64,000 nucleotides of DNA from Callorhinchus milii. Its lineage: Eukaryota. Below, one piece after another: positions 36,774-48,440 of the stretch; the stretch's first letter is position 1; the number at the start of each line of letters is the position of its first letter. The stretch is taken from the NCBI RefSeq assembly GCF_018977255.1, contig NW_024704743.1, forward strand, positions 868,001-932,000, written 5' to 3'. The notes under the pieces were generated by a model. It had not been told where the DNA came from. It saw only the letters and a list, made by a program, of their open reading frames with translations, and did not search any database. Position numbers and translations under genes: made by a program.

Positions 36774-39700
36774 ATTCCATTCCAACAATCTATCTCTGGG
36801 ATTTCTATGCGGAGGTGGGAGGCCGGGAATTCTCAGTTTGGTTTGGAGGCTCTTAAGCGACGGTGACGGGTTTCCTCATATGTCAGACACAACCCCCCAA
36901 AAATTATTCGATGTTTTCGTATTGCAGTAAACGATATAACTTCGCTGATGAGAGATGTCAAATATCTGATGCTCTTGGCCAAAGTCTGCAACAAAACTAA
37001 TGAAATGCAGGAGGCAATGGATATATTGAACAAGGTGAGGGGCTGACGTGGGGGTGGATGGAAACTTGGGCGGTTACCATTAAGTGATACACTTGTGGAA
37101 TCCTGTAGCTCAGTGGGAGGAGCACTCGCCTCTCAAGCGAGAGGATCCGGGTTCGATTCCTGGGCAGGGCGAAACTTTTAGGCAAATTTCCTTACTCCAA
37201 ACACCTCTGTTTACCTGGAAGTAAGTAGGAACCCTGTTGTTAGTTGATCGGCAGATCACTAAACGTGGTCACTCAATCCACGGCTGTTTGTGGGATACTC
37301 CTGTGCGCAATTAGCCGCCGCGTTTCGCCCACAAAATAATTCAATTCACTTTACAATGAAGCGCTTTAAGACGTCTCAACGACTTGATACCAAATGCAAG
37401 GATTATTATTGTTGTTATCATTATGTTCTCCTGACGTAAAAGGCACCGTATCGGACGTAAGGATAATATTATTACAGTATTAAGTTGCAATGTTGAACCC
37501 AAGGGTCATTCCTCATCATTTTGGACTCTTGAAGGCCCACGAGTTGCAAGGGCGAATCCTGAAACGCCTCCCCCTGGAGCAACCAGACATCATCCCAATC
37601 CAGAAGCAGCTGGCAGTCTCCATCTGCAGTCAACTGGCCCAGATCTCCGTGGACCAGCGAGACTTTGACAAAGCCATCCGATATTACAAGGAAGGCTTGA
37701 CTTACGCAGAAAATGACTCGACGGTAAGTAGGAACGATCGTCTAGAAAATAAACCTGCAATCCAGCCAGAGAGGAGCAGAGTTTAACACAGTGAGTCCTG
37801 TAGCTTCGCGGTCAGGACCCGGGTTCATTTCCCAGGCGGGACAAGTTTCCTACTCCCACCGCCTCGCTTTACCTAGCTGTTAGTTGATTAGTGGATCATC
37901 TCCCTGGGGGTAATAATCCCTCTTTCTCCCCCCCCCCCCACCAAAAATGTGGTCGCTCAAAAAAGATTTGGTCACTGTTTGTGGGGACGCTGCTGTGTGC
38001 AATTGGCTGCCGGGTTTCGCCCACAAAATACACGGTCAATCCACTTTACAGTGTATTCTGTGTGAAGCGCTTTGAGGCGTCTCGACGGCGTGATAAGGCG
38101 CTGTAACAAATGCAAGGATTATTGTTATTAATATGGGGCATGTTCCTGTTCCCAGCTGATGCTTGAGCTATCGCGCCTGTACCTGACCAAGGGAGACAAT
38201 GATGAGTGTGAGCAGCAGTGTGTCGCACTGCTGAAGAACGTTGAGAATAACTACGATGCAAACATGGTGGGTGCACTTACACACCTTTCGTTGTCCTCGT
38301 CTGCCAACGTGGCTATCACTGAGAAGGGGGTTTCTCCCCAGTGGCCTAACCATAATCCCCCCCCAAAATTGGTCATTCGCTTCAAGGCCGTTGGTGGGAC
38401 GTTGGTGTGAGCAAATTGGCCGCTATGTTTGCACACAAAAGACAGTCACTACTCTTTTATAGTGAAGTGTCAAACCTGCTCTCAAGCTTTGTGGTTTGGG
38501 CTGGTTAGACTCCAGCTGCGACTCAACTCCCAGATCCTTCCCATTCAGCCCTTAGAGCCTATTCCGCCAGTTAATTAGATCATGGCTGATCTGTACCTCA
38601 ACTAATCCTTTCAATTCCAATTTCCCGTTTTCTCCCTATATCCCTTGATACCCTGACCTACCAAAAATCTATCAACTTCCCTCTTGAAGGTGTGGATGGA
38701 TCCAGCATCCACGGCCTTTTGGGGCAGAGAATTCCAGATTTCTACCCCCACTTTGAGTAAAAAAAAAATGCTTCCTGATTTCACTCTTAAATGGCCTGGT
38801 TCTAATTTTAAGACTATGTCCCCTTGTTTTGGATTCCCCCACCAGAGGCAATAGCCTCTCTGTATCAACCCTATCAAATCCCTTTATCATCTTAAGTACC
38901 TCAATCAAATCACCCTCAATCTTCTAAACTCAAGGGAATACAATCCAAGTTTACGCCGCCTTTCCTTGTAGCTCAACCATTTTAGGCCATTTTAGGCCTG
39001 GTAACATTCGGTGAGGGAAGGGAGAGCGAGGAGGAAATTTGCACATTCTTTCTGTTTACAGATGATGGCAGACCTCATGTTTAGAAAACAAGAATACCAA
39101 CAGGCTATATTTTATTACCGACAGATGTTGGAGCGATCGCCAGGTATCTTGTTGATGTCTGTGTAACAGTCGTAGCATTGAGTAGGAACCCAGTTGTTAG
39201 TCGATTGGCAGATCGCTTTCCAGAGGCAATAATGACTTCAAAAAATAAATAGTATAATAATAATTTGGTCACGCAACCCCACTACTGTTTGGAACGCTGC
39301 TGTGCGCAATTGGCTGCCGCGTTCGCCCACAAATATACAGTCAATTCACTTTACAGTGTGTTCTGTGAAGCGCTTTGGGACGTCCTCCCGACGTGAAAAG
39401 CGCTATATCAAATGCGAGGATTATTATTATTATTATTATATCCTGTGAAGCGCTTTGAAGCATCTCAACAATGTGATGAGGCGCTGTATCAAATGCAAGG
39501 ATTATTATTATTATTATTATTTTCTGAGGAACAGACGAGTAACCCGAAATTGTAATTCTTTGAAAGAAAAGTTTCTTCTTTCGACAGACAACTTTGCGGT
39601 CTTGTGCAAACTCATCGAGCTGTTCAGGAAAGCTGGGAAACTCGACAAAGCTCCAGAATTCTTGGAGCTAGCAGAGAAGAAGTCAACCCGGACTGCTCTG

Positions 39701-42700
39701 GAACCGGGGTTCAACTACTGCAAAGGCCTCTACCTCTGGTAAATGAAACAAACTAAAAGAATACACCTAAAGATTGAGATAATGCACCCCCAACCTCGCC
39801 CGGCTCTACCGGCTCCCCATCCCCCAGAGGATAGAGATCAAAATCCTCGTCCTCACCCTCGAAGACCTCACCCTCGCTCCTTCCTACCTCTATGACCTGC
39901 TAACCCCATATCAACCTGTCCACTCCCTCCACTCAGCAGGTTCCGGCCTGCTCCACATCCCCCGCTCGGCCCAACCCACCTTCAGCCTCCCTGCCTCCGT
40001 TCCACAATCCCTTCACCTCGCTCACTCCCGTACCTCGTTCAAGGCACATCTTCCTCTTCGACGGCACCTTTGGTCGCCTGAGTACGCCCACCCTCCCTGC
40101 CCTCCAGCCCTCCTGATCGCAACTCTCCGCTCTGGTCCAAATCCCTGACTGTCAAGCGCCCTGGGATATCCTCCCAACATGAAAGGTACAACACAAACGT
40201 AATTTGTTGTAGTTGTTGTCCGAGCACCCTCCAAGATAGGGCCAAAACATTTGAGCTAAAGGTGCACAGGTATAAAGGACCACAAAACACACAGTCCCAC
40301 CACTTGACAGTATATCCTGTGAGGAACGTCTCGACAACTTGATAAAGGGCTGCACCAAAATGTAAGGATAAGTCCTTCTTATTATTTTTGACATCAGATT
40401 GCAGTAGAATTGTTGAAAATACGTAGATTCAGCCTGGATTTAGAAGCCGTTTTTTCTGTAGTTCCTCAGTGAATCGGCTGCTAAATTAATAGTTTTCCAC
40501 GATTCTGTGCAACCTTGAATTGTAAACCTTGATTCGCTTGGAGGCGAAGATGAGGTGGATTTTCTGACAAACTACAGCAATAGAACAGTGCCCCCTTTAG
40601 GGCTTTTTGGCCGACAGCGAAAACACAGTTGACATTTTCTTTCTGCCTCGATGCATATTGAAATGCTGGCGGAGTGGATCGATTTCTCAGGGCAGATTAG
40701 GAAACTATCCAGGCTTTGTTGTAGGAATTCAAGCATTGAAGGTTTTCGGTTGTCAGAAGTTGGGTTCCATTCCAAAGCTGTTCTCCACATCATAGGGGTA
40801 AAGACTGGCGTGTTACGCTGGCAAAACCTACCCTGTCGACTCACCATTCATCCCCTCCTCCCACCCCCTTGGTATAATACCAAGTGAAGTCCTGTAGCTC
40901 AGTGGTTAGAGCGCTCGCCTCGCAAACGAGAGGACCTCGGTTCGATTTCGGAGTAGGACAAAACTTTGAGCAAGTTTCCTGACTTCACACGGCTACTTAG
41001 TAGTAAGTAGGAACCCGGTTGTTAGTCAATGGGTGGATCGCTTTTCCAGGCGTAATAATCCCTTTCAAAAAAAAAAATGATTTAGTCACTCAATCCACGA
41101 CTGGAACATGTCTTCAGATCGCACCTGAAGACCTTCCTCTTTGACCGTTCCTACAATTATCTCCCGAGCTCAGCCTTAAGTTCTGCCGCTCTCAATCACT
41201 CCAAGGCATGCGTGAAGGACGCTATAAAAATGCTGGCTGCTGTCTGGTCCGAGAGAATTTCCCATCCTGATATTGGGAATGAGGGGCTCGAGTTATGAGG
41301 AGAGTCTGGAGAAGTTGGCTCTATTTTCTTTGGTGTAGAGAAGGTGTTTTTTAACTGAGTCGCAGTATCCTGGCCTCGTCTATTCCTGACAACTTGCTCC
41401 AGTCATTAATTACCCTCTGGGTAAACACATACTCTCTGGTGTCTGCCCTGAAATTGACGGACACCAGAGAGCGTCTGGGGGAGACAGCCAGAAGCCCTGT
41501 TGAAAAACTAGGCGGGTTTTGAAGGGAGGTGATAAGACGGAGGTTACTCTGGGATGGAGTTCTGGAGAGAGGAGGCAGTATGGCTCAGTGCTCGCTCACT
41601 GATGGCGGTTTGAGTAGTTTGAACAGTGGTTTGATGCTCCACCTGTGACTGACAGGTTTCACGTGAGTTACAGTCGTGCGTTTTCCTGGTCAGTAAGTGT
41701 CATTGTGATCTGCTGACAGGCACATAGGGCAGCCCAACGATGCCCTGAAGCATTTCAACAAAGCACGGAAGGACAGCGACTGGGGTCACCAGGCCATTTA
41801 CAGCATGATCCAAATCTGCCTCAACCCAGACAATGAGATAATAGGAGGGAACGTGTTTGAAAGCCTGGATGAGGAGACCAGGTGCAGTGAAGTGCTCTTA
41901 TTATTAGATTCCATTTACCGGCCAAACCACGGTTCTGACCTTACTGTGTCACATTGGGTGACCTCTTTTGCTCGCCAGCGAGCGAGCATAGCGGCTTATA
42001 ATGTCAAATAATATTATTTTAACTCGAAATATGTTACTAACAGTTAGAGGCAAAGAGAAAGTGCCCGTTTCTGAAGGCAGTTCAGATGTGAGGTGTGTGA
42101 ATGGACTGTATAATGTGTGTGTGTGCGTGTGCGTGCGTGTGCGCGAATTGACTGTATATTTCACCCACAAAATATGCAGTCAATTCTCTTTCCTGCATCC
42201 TGCGAAGCGCTTTGAGCAGTCTCGACGACGTGATAAGGCGCTGTAACAAATGCAAGGAGTATTATTCCTATTGCCTTTCGTACTCAGAACGGGTGCCAAT
42301 TCCAATTAGCACGACCCCGTGTCGCTGCGCTGTGTAAATATGAGTTCCTTTCATATCTCGGACACTTTAAAATGATTTCGCTGAAAACTTCTTCCGGTTA
42401 ATTGGAAAAAAAACCACAACAACAACAACAAAAAAGACAACATCCTTTTGTGTTTCACGGGAACAGTTGCGACTTCACTGAGAGGAGAGAGACTGACCAG
42501 CTGGCAGTCAGGACGGCAGAGAAACTCCTCAAGGAATATCACCCTCGCACGAAACAAGGCCAGGAGCAGCGCTTATTACTGCAAAACAGCTGCCTCGTAG
42601 CCACCAATGAGCGATCCAACGTGGAGAGAGCTCTTACCGTGCTCACGGAGATGGCTGCGACTAAGGTCAGCCACGAGTTAGGCCAGAGAGGAGTGGGTGG

Positions 42701-45700
42701 GTGGGCAGTCTAACCCTCCCAGAAACGTAGCATAACAATTCACTTTACAGTGCGTCCTGCGAAGCGCTTTGAGACGTCTCGAAGACGTGATGAGGCCCTG
42801 TATCAGATGCGAGGATTATTATTATTATTATAGGTCATTATACAATAACATTTAGGGGGTTGTGGAGGGTGAAGGGTGAGTCAGATGAAATGGAGGGAGG
42901 GAAGAGGTTCAGATGTAGTCCATGGGCTCCCATCGGACCATCTGGAGTTAAGCCTACTCTGTGCTCTCAATCTGAGTCAGAAAGATGTGGGTTCCACTTA
43001 ACATTGGGACTTAGAGCTGATGACCGTCTAGGCTGACCCTCCAGTACAGTCCGGTGGACAGGCTGGGGATGAGGGGGAAAAGGGAGAGGGGCCGTGCTTT
43101 GGATAAGTTTCGCCCACAAAATACATAGTCGATTCATTTTATAGTATATTTCCAGGAGTCCTATAGCTCAGTGGTGAGAGCGCTCACCTCGCAAGTGAGA
43201 GATCTGGGTTCGATTCCTGGCCATGGCGAAACTTTGGTCAAATTTCCTTACTCCACACACACACACACACACACATGCCTGATAATAATCCCTCAAGAAA
43301 AAAAACGAAGCCGCGACTGTTTGTGGGGGACGCTGCTGTGCGCAATTGGCTGCCGTGTTTCGCCCACAAATATACGGTCAATTCACATTGCAGTACATCC
43401 TGTGAAGCGCTTAGAAACGTCTCAAAGACGCGATAAGGGATAATATCAAATAAATGCACAGGTTATTATTATTGTTATCAGAATGCATTGAGTTCATATA
43501 TTTCTCAAACCATTGACGGAGGGACTTGTTGCCAACCTTTCAGAAGGACCACGTGCCAGCACTTCTGGCCATAGCTCAGGCCTGTATGGTGCTGAAGCTT
43601 GTGTCTCGGGCCAGGAACCAATTGAAGCGAATAACCAAGATAGACTGGAACTCCATGGACGCAGAGGCGTTTGAGAAGAGCTGGCTGCTGCTCTCTGATA
43701 TCTACATTAAAGCGGGGAAGTTTGACCTTGCGATGGACTTGCTGAAACGCTGCTTGCAGTACAATCAGGTGAGCTGCTGGTGGCCAAAACAGCCTTTCGT
43801 TGGGGAGGGGAAATGGGGGAGTGGGGGGGATAACGTCTCAAAGTCCTTCCAGTTGCTGGGCTGGGACCCGAGCTTTGGGGGTGGGGGTGTGGGGAGGGAG
43901 CTGGGGAAGGTGGCAAAGGGAAAGACGGACGCTAAGTGTTGTCAACGAGGTCTTCAGCCTGCCGAGTTTCGCCCAGAAAGTACACAAGGATTATTAATTA
44001 TTATTAGAGTCTTCCTGTGGTTTTTTTTTTCTCTCTCTCTCTTAACGTAGTCATGTTGCAAGGCGTACGAATACCTGGGGTTCGTCATGGAAAAGGAGCA
44101 GTCCTACATGGATGCAGTAAACCATTACGAAATGGCCTGGAAGTACAGCAGTGAGTCAAACCCCACCATGGGTGAGCTAACTCCACTATTTCTCCGTTGT
44201 TGTTAACAGCGGAAAACCCGCTCTTCTGGGAACTTCAAGATCCTCTCGCTTTCGTGTTCAAATCCCTTCGCTCCCTGGCCCCTCTCCGACCTCCCTCACC
44301 TTCCCCCCCAATCCACCACCCGGTCAGCGCCTCCGCTCGACTGGCACCGGCCTCCTGTTCGTCCCTCGCACCCTCCGCCCCACCATCGGAGGTTGCGCTT
44401 TCAGCCGCCACGCCCCAAAACTCTGGAACACTCTCCCTCAATCCCTCCGCCTTGCCCCCTCTCCCCCCTCCTTCAAAGCCCTCCACGGTCTTGCTCCCCC
44501 CCCCTATCTCTCTCTGACCTCCGAATCCCCTACCAACCTGTTCGCTCCCTCCGCTCAGTGGGCTCCAGCCTGCTTCACGCACACCCGCCTCGCTCGCCCC
44601 ACTATCGGCGGGAGGGCCCCTTATGCCACTCTGCACCAACCCTTTGGTACTCCATCCTGCAGTCCCTCTGCCTCGCCCCCTCCCTCAAGACCCAACTCAA
44701 GACCTTCCTCTTCGACCGTGCTTTCGATCTCCCTGTTTTTCCCCCCACTACCCTCCACCGTCCCCCATCCCGATCCCCAGCTCGGGTCCGTAACTCTGCC
44801 TGTCCAGCGCCTGGGAACGTCTTCCCGACGTGAAAGACGCTATACAAAGGTAATTTTGTTGTTGTTAATGTTTCCTCTCCGTTTCTGCACAGGCTACAAA
44901 CTCGCCTTCAATTACTTGAAAGCAAAGATGTACGTGCAAGCAATAGACATTTGTCACAAGGTGCGTATATTGTATGAAAAGGCTTAAAACTTTATTCGAA
45001 AAACCACTGCAACGCTGCGACTTACGTTTGTGCAAAATCTCTTTGCCAAAAGAATGAACCTGTGGGGTTGGGACGGGGGCTTGCTGGTGAAACGGCAGCT
45101 TACACGGTGTCTCGTCCACGCCTCCGAAGCCCCTCCACGGCCTTGCTCCTCCCTACCTCTGTGACCTGCTAACTCCATATCAACCTGTCCGCACCCTCCT
45201 CTCAGTGGGCTCCGGCCTGCTCCACGAGCCCCAGCCGGCCCGCCCCGCCGTTGTTGGTTGGGTCTTCAGCCTTTCTGCTCCCCCCATCCCCACTTTGGAA
45301 CTCCATCCCACAGCCCCACCGCCTCGCCCCCTTCCTTACCTCCTTCAAGACCCTCCTCTTCAACCGTGTCTTCGATCTCCTCGCTTCCCCCCCCCCCCCC
45401 CCCCCCCCGATGTCCACCCTCAGCTCGGGTCTGTAACTCTGTCTGTCCAGCGCCTTGGGACGTCCCCCCGACGCGAAAGGCACTATAATAATGTCATTTT
45501 GTTGTTGTTGTATAATAATCCACATGGAATTGTTAAGTGCGGTGACCGTGTTTGCAAGGAAAGGTGGTGGCCATCCATTTGCCTTCAACTGCACAGCCAC
45601 TACGCTCTGCGGTATATTCTGGGAAGTGCTTTGAGACGACCTCCGACAGTAACAGCGCAATAAAAGTGAAAATTGTATTCCATTGCATTAATAACGCAAT

Positions 45701-45957
45701 CCACAATTGGCTGCCAGGTTTTGCCCACAAAATCCAGCCAATTCACTTTCAGTTTATTCTGTGAAGCGCTTCGAGACGTCTCAGCGACGTGAAGAGACGC
45801 TGTTAACAAATGCAAGAATTATTAGACAGATTATACGTTGCTATGATCCTGGTTTGCTTTAAATTTTCTGTTTTTCCAGGTGCTGAGAAATTATCCAAAT
45901 TACCCAAAGATTCAAAAGGACATTTTGGAAAAGGCAATGATTTCTCTTAAGCCCTAG
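20836..45957 (+). CDS. TTC21A: Tetratricopeptide repeat protein 21A (IFT139A, IFT-A subunit), complete, 29 coding exons, ~1317 aa
   Basis: Exons: 20836-20859, 22591-22720, 23122-23232, 23864-24030, 25105-25227, 25868-26025, 26638-26722, 28153-28251, 28700-28892, 29584-29681, 30720-30920, 31127-31256, 32135-32292, 32961-33182, 33920-34158, 34529-34601, 35493-35603, 36234-36372, 36928-37034, 37535-37723, 38156-38266, 39062-39143, 39588-39738, 41720-41881, 42467-42665, 43544-43768, 44051-44171, 44893-44960, 45880-45957 (TAG). Total 3954 nt, all GT-AG, phases consistent. Peptides [85 protein letters not shown] and [12 protein letters not shown] match the TTC21 family; A-type residues and head-to-head position with GORASP1 favour TTC21A over TTC21B. 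The first coding exon is the least certain. Confidence 0.93.
26848..27295 (+). mobile_element. CR1 LINE 3' fragment
   Basis: [27 protein letters not shown] and the 3' UTR ggctgaaaaggcctcctcctgttcctatg. Other CR1-like remnants at ~25570-25830, 55840-56000, 61960-62250 and 6290-6350. Confidence 0.85.
27878..27985. repeat. Short degenerate ~19 bp tandem repeat (~5-6 copies)
   Basis: Recurrent gatcc(a/t)ctctcattga in TTC21A intron 7. Confidence 0.75.
28929..29145 (-). repeat. Tandem ~21 bp repeat built from the SINE 3' terminus
   Basis: aataataatgatcttgcattt and variants, about 9 times; reverse complement of the SINE end aaatgcaaggattattatt. Confidence 0.85.
31575..32060 (+). mobile_element. 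Unclassified interspersed repeat (~500 bp), several copies
   Basis: Shared blocks cagtcactggg..ctcctattaaccct..aagccaaagccctaa..ggtggtcctagctggacaagcagcaggaaagcttg and (ga)n-cattccattcca..aatctatctctggga. Recur at ~35770-35910, 36465-36885, 50210-50290, 52320-52510(-), 60240-60610, 63655-63842(-). Confidence 0.7.
38550..39010 (-). mobile_element. CR1 LINE 3' fragment
   Basis: Minus-strand translation [48 protein letters not shown] and [11 protein letters not shown], typical CR1 ORF2 C-terminus. Confidence 0.9.
44225..44867 (+). mobile_element. L2 LINE 3' end fragments (two adjacent)
   Basis: ORF2 C-terminal motif SAPTLW.S...[14 protein letters not shown], 3' UTR and (gtt)n tail. Similar fragments at 15420-16082, 24190-24575, 35040-35282, 39795-40220, 45120-45510, 50860-51130, 9960-10110(-), 34610-34920(-). 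Confidence 0.85.
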
Positions 45958-46315
45958 GAGAGCCTGACGTTCTTTCCCGTACTCGGTCAACCCCAGCTTG
46001 AGAAACCACATGTAAATGTAGAATTCTCCAGCAAGAATAAGGTTCATGGTCGGGAGTGTATTTTAAAGCAAATTTGTATCGATTGTCACGACTTTTATTT
46101 TAACGTTGTACGTATTATGGAGTCATATTTTTCATATTATTGACACTGCGCGTATTTTAAAAACACACTTGGGTTTGCCAGGGTCACTTTTATTATAACA
46201 CTACTTCACTTCTGATTTGATATTTGTCTTCACTGGCTGAAAAAAAACATGAATAACACGGGCTTTTTCTGTCTCGCAATGATGCTTTGCCTACGCCAAA
46301 CATCGGCTATCTCAT

Positions 46316-46895
46316 TATAATAATAATAATAATCCTTGCATTTGATATAGCGCTTTTCACGTCGGGAGGACGTCCCAAAGCGCTTCACAGAACACACTGT
46401 AAAGTGAATTGACTGTATATTTGTGGGCGAACGCGGCGGCCAATTGCGCACAGCAATGTCCCACAAACAGTCGTGGATTGAAAGTGACCAATTTATTATT
46501 GTTTTTGGTTTTGGAGGGATTATTATTAGGCTCTGTGTGGGGTAAGGAAACTTGCCCAAGGTTTGGCCCTCTGCCTGGAATTGAACTCAGGTCTCTCGCA
46601 CCTTCCAACGCCCTTTCTCCATAATATACAGTCTTTACAATGTGTTCTGTGAAGCGCTTCGGGACGTCCTCCCGACGTGAAAAGCGCTATATCAAATGCA
46701 AGGTTTAATAATAATAATAATAATAATCCTTGCATTTGATATAGCGCTTTTCACGTCGGGAGGACGTCCCAAAGCGCTTCACAGAACACACTGTAAAGTG
46801 AATTGACTGTATATTTGTGGGCGAACGCGGCAGCCAATTGCGCACAGCAATGTCCCACAAACAGTCGTAGATTGAAAATGACCAATTTATTATTG

Positions 46896-46928
<33 letters not shown>

Positions 46929-46930
46929 CC
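46316..46930. mobile_element. Cluster of three young SINE copies (minus / plus fragment / minus) between the TTC21A 3' end and GUK1 promoter
   Basis: 46316-46600(-) and 46708-46930(-) are nearly identical; the plus-strand tail fragment ~46625-46705 abuts the (TAA)n of the second copy. Confidence 0.85.
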
Positions 46931-47059
46931 CCTTTACGACGAGACGACCAAACGGCCTTTCACGGCGGGAGGACGTCTCAACGAAGGGGTTTGACGATTA
47001 TTATTATTATAGCCACGACACCATAATAATAATAATAATAATCTGGTCGCTCACTCAAT

Positions 47060-47510
47060 CCACTGAGAGAGAAGAAAACCCGCCCAATTGGGCGCGGGAA
47101 CCCGCCCAAGTTGGCCGCGGGAACCCGCCCAACCTGGCCGGCCGCGGGGGGCGGGGCAAACCACCCGCTGACCGGAAATGACGAGCGTTGTCAGTCAGGC
47201 GTGCGTGCGTGAGTGAGTGAGTGAGTGGGCGGGGCGGTGTCCCACGTGCTGCTGCCGGCGATTCGTCACGTCCGGCGCCGCGAGGCCCCACCCCCCCTCC
47301 GGCGGGCGGGAGGTGGGGGGGAGGGGAGAGCGCTATGGCGAGCGCGAGCCGCGGCGGTTAGGAGGGAGACGGCGGCGGCGGCGCCTCCTCGATGTTTTTA
47401 CGGTACATTTCCTCATTCGTCGCCCGGCAAGGTAGGCCCTCCCCCTCCCCCCCACACACCGGGAGGGGGGGCTCCGCTCCCGGGGAGCAGCGTTAGTTCG
47501 GCGGAGTTTG
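47060..47510 (+). promoter_or_regulatory. CpG-island promoter and first exon of GUK1
   Basis: Very high CpG density. Three ~22 bp repeats AACCCGCCCAA..GCGCGGGA (47077-47145; CCAAT/E2F/GC-box-like), ETS-like CCGGAAAT (~47172), E-box CACGTG, CRE-like CGTCA, and a splice donor at 47431. Confidence 0.75.
47392..47431 (+). CDS. GUK1: GUK1 upstream coding exon for an N-terminal extension (MFLRYISSFVARQ-V)
   Basis: ATG at 47392 in a CpG island, donor CAAG|gtaggc at 47431 (phase 1). The acceptor at 62297 supplies TG, giving GTG and then ATG GCA GGC in frame. Implies a ~14.9 kb first intron. Confidence 0.75.
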
Positions 47511-47514
47511 TGTG

Positions 47515-48440
47515 AGAGGGTGAGGGAGTGAGTGAGACTGAGTGAGTGTGAGAGAGAGAGAGCGTGTGAGTGAGTGAGAGAGAGAGTGTGAGTGCGTGTG
47601 AGACTGAGTGAGTGAGTGTGTGAGAGAGTGAGTGTGAGTGTGAGAGTGTGTGTGAGTGAGAGAGTGTGTGAGTGAGAGAGTGTGCGCGTGTGTGAGAGTG
47701 AGCGCGTGTGTGAGAGTGAGCGTGTGAGAGAGTGAGTGTGAGTGAGAGTGTGTGTGAGAGAGAGTGTGTGTGAGAGAGTGAGTGTGTGAGAGAGTGAGTG
47801 TGTGAGAGAGTGAGTGTGTGAGAGAGTGAGCGCGTGTGAGAGAGTGAGCGCGTGTGTGAGAGTGAGCGCGTGTGTGAGAGTGAGCGTGTGAGAGAGTGAG
47901 TGTGAGAGTGTGCGTGCGCGTGTGAGACTGAGTGAGTGTGAGAGAGAGAGCGTGTGAGAGAGTGAGCGCGTGTGAGTGTGAGAGAGTGTGTGAGTGAGTG
48001 TGTGAGTAGTGAGTGTGTGAGTAGTGAGAATGAGTAGTGAGTATGTGAGAGTGTGAGTGAGTGTGTGTGTGTGTGAGAGAGTGAGAGCGTGTGTGTGAGT
48101 GTGAGCGAGCGGGTGTGTGTGAGTGTGAGTCCGTGAGAGAGTGAGCGAGAGAGTGCGAGTGGGTGTGTGTGAGAGTGCGTGAGCGAGCGGGCGTGCGAGA
48201 GTGAGCGAGCGAGCGAGTGAGTGTGAGAGAGAGAGAGAGCGTGTGAGTGAGTGAGTGAGTGTGAGAGAGAGAGAGAGAGAGCGTGTGAGTGAGTGAGTGA
48301 GTGAGTGTGAGAGAGCGTGTGAGAGAGTCTGCGAGCGAGAGAGTGAGTGAGAGCGAGCGAGCGAGCGCCCGTGCGAGATCGAGCGTGCGAGTGAGTGGGG
48401 TGAGCGCGTGCGTGTGTGTGTGCGTGCGCGCGCGCGTGTG
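47515..48440. repeat. Complex (GA)/(GT)/(GC) microsatellite, ~0.9 kb, start of GUK1 intron 1
   Basis: Continuous gagt/gtgt/gaga/gcgt mosaic. Confidence 0.95.

Noticed and set aside
40887..40960. tRNA-Ala-like sequences (also ~19685-19755, 37097-37165, 43155-43225)
   Set aside because: They are SINE heads: A/B boxes continue directly into the SINE body and there is no complete acceptor stem.
20836..45957. Assignment as TTC21B (and its neighbour as GORASP2)
   Set aside because: Diagnostic residues and the head-to-head GORASP-TTC21 pairing fit the GORASP1/TTC21A locus; a phylogeny would confirm.
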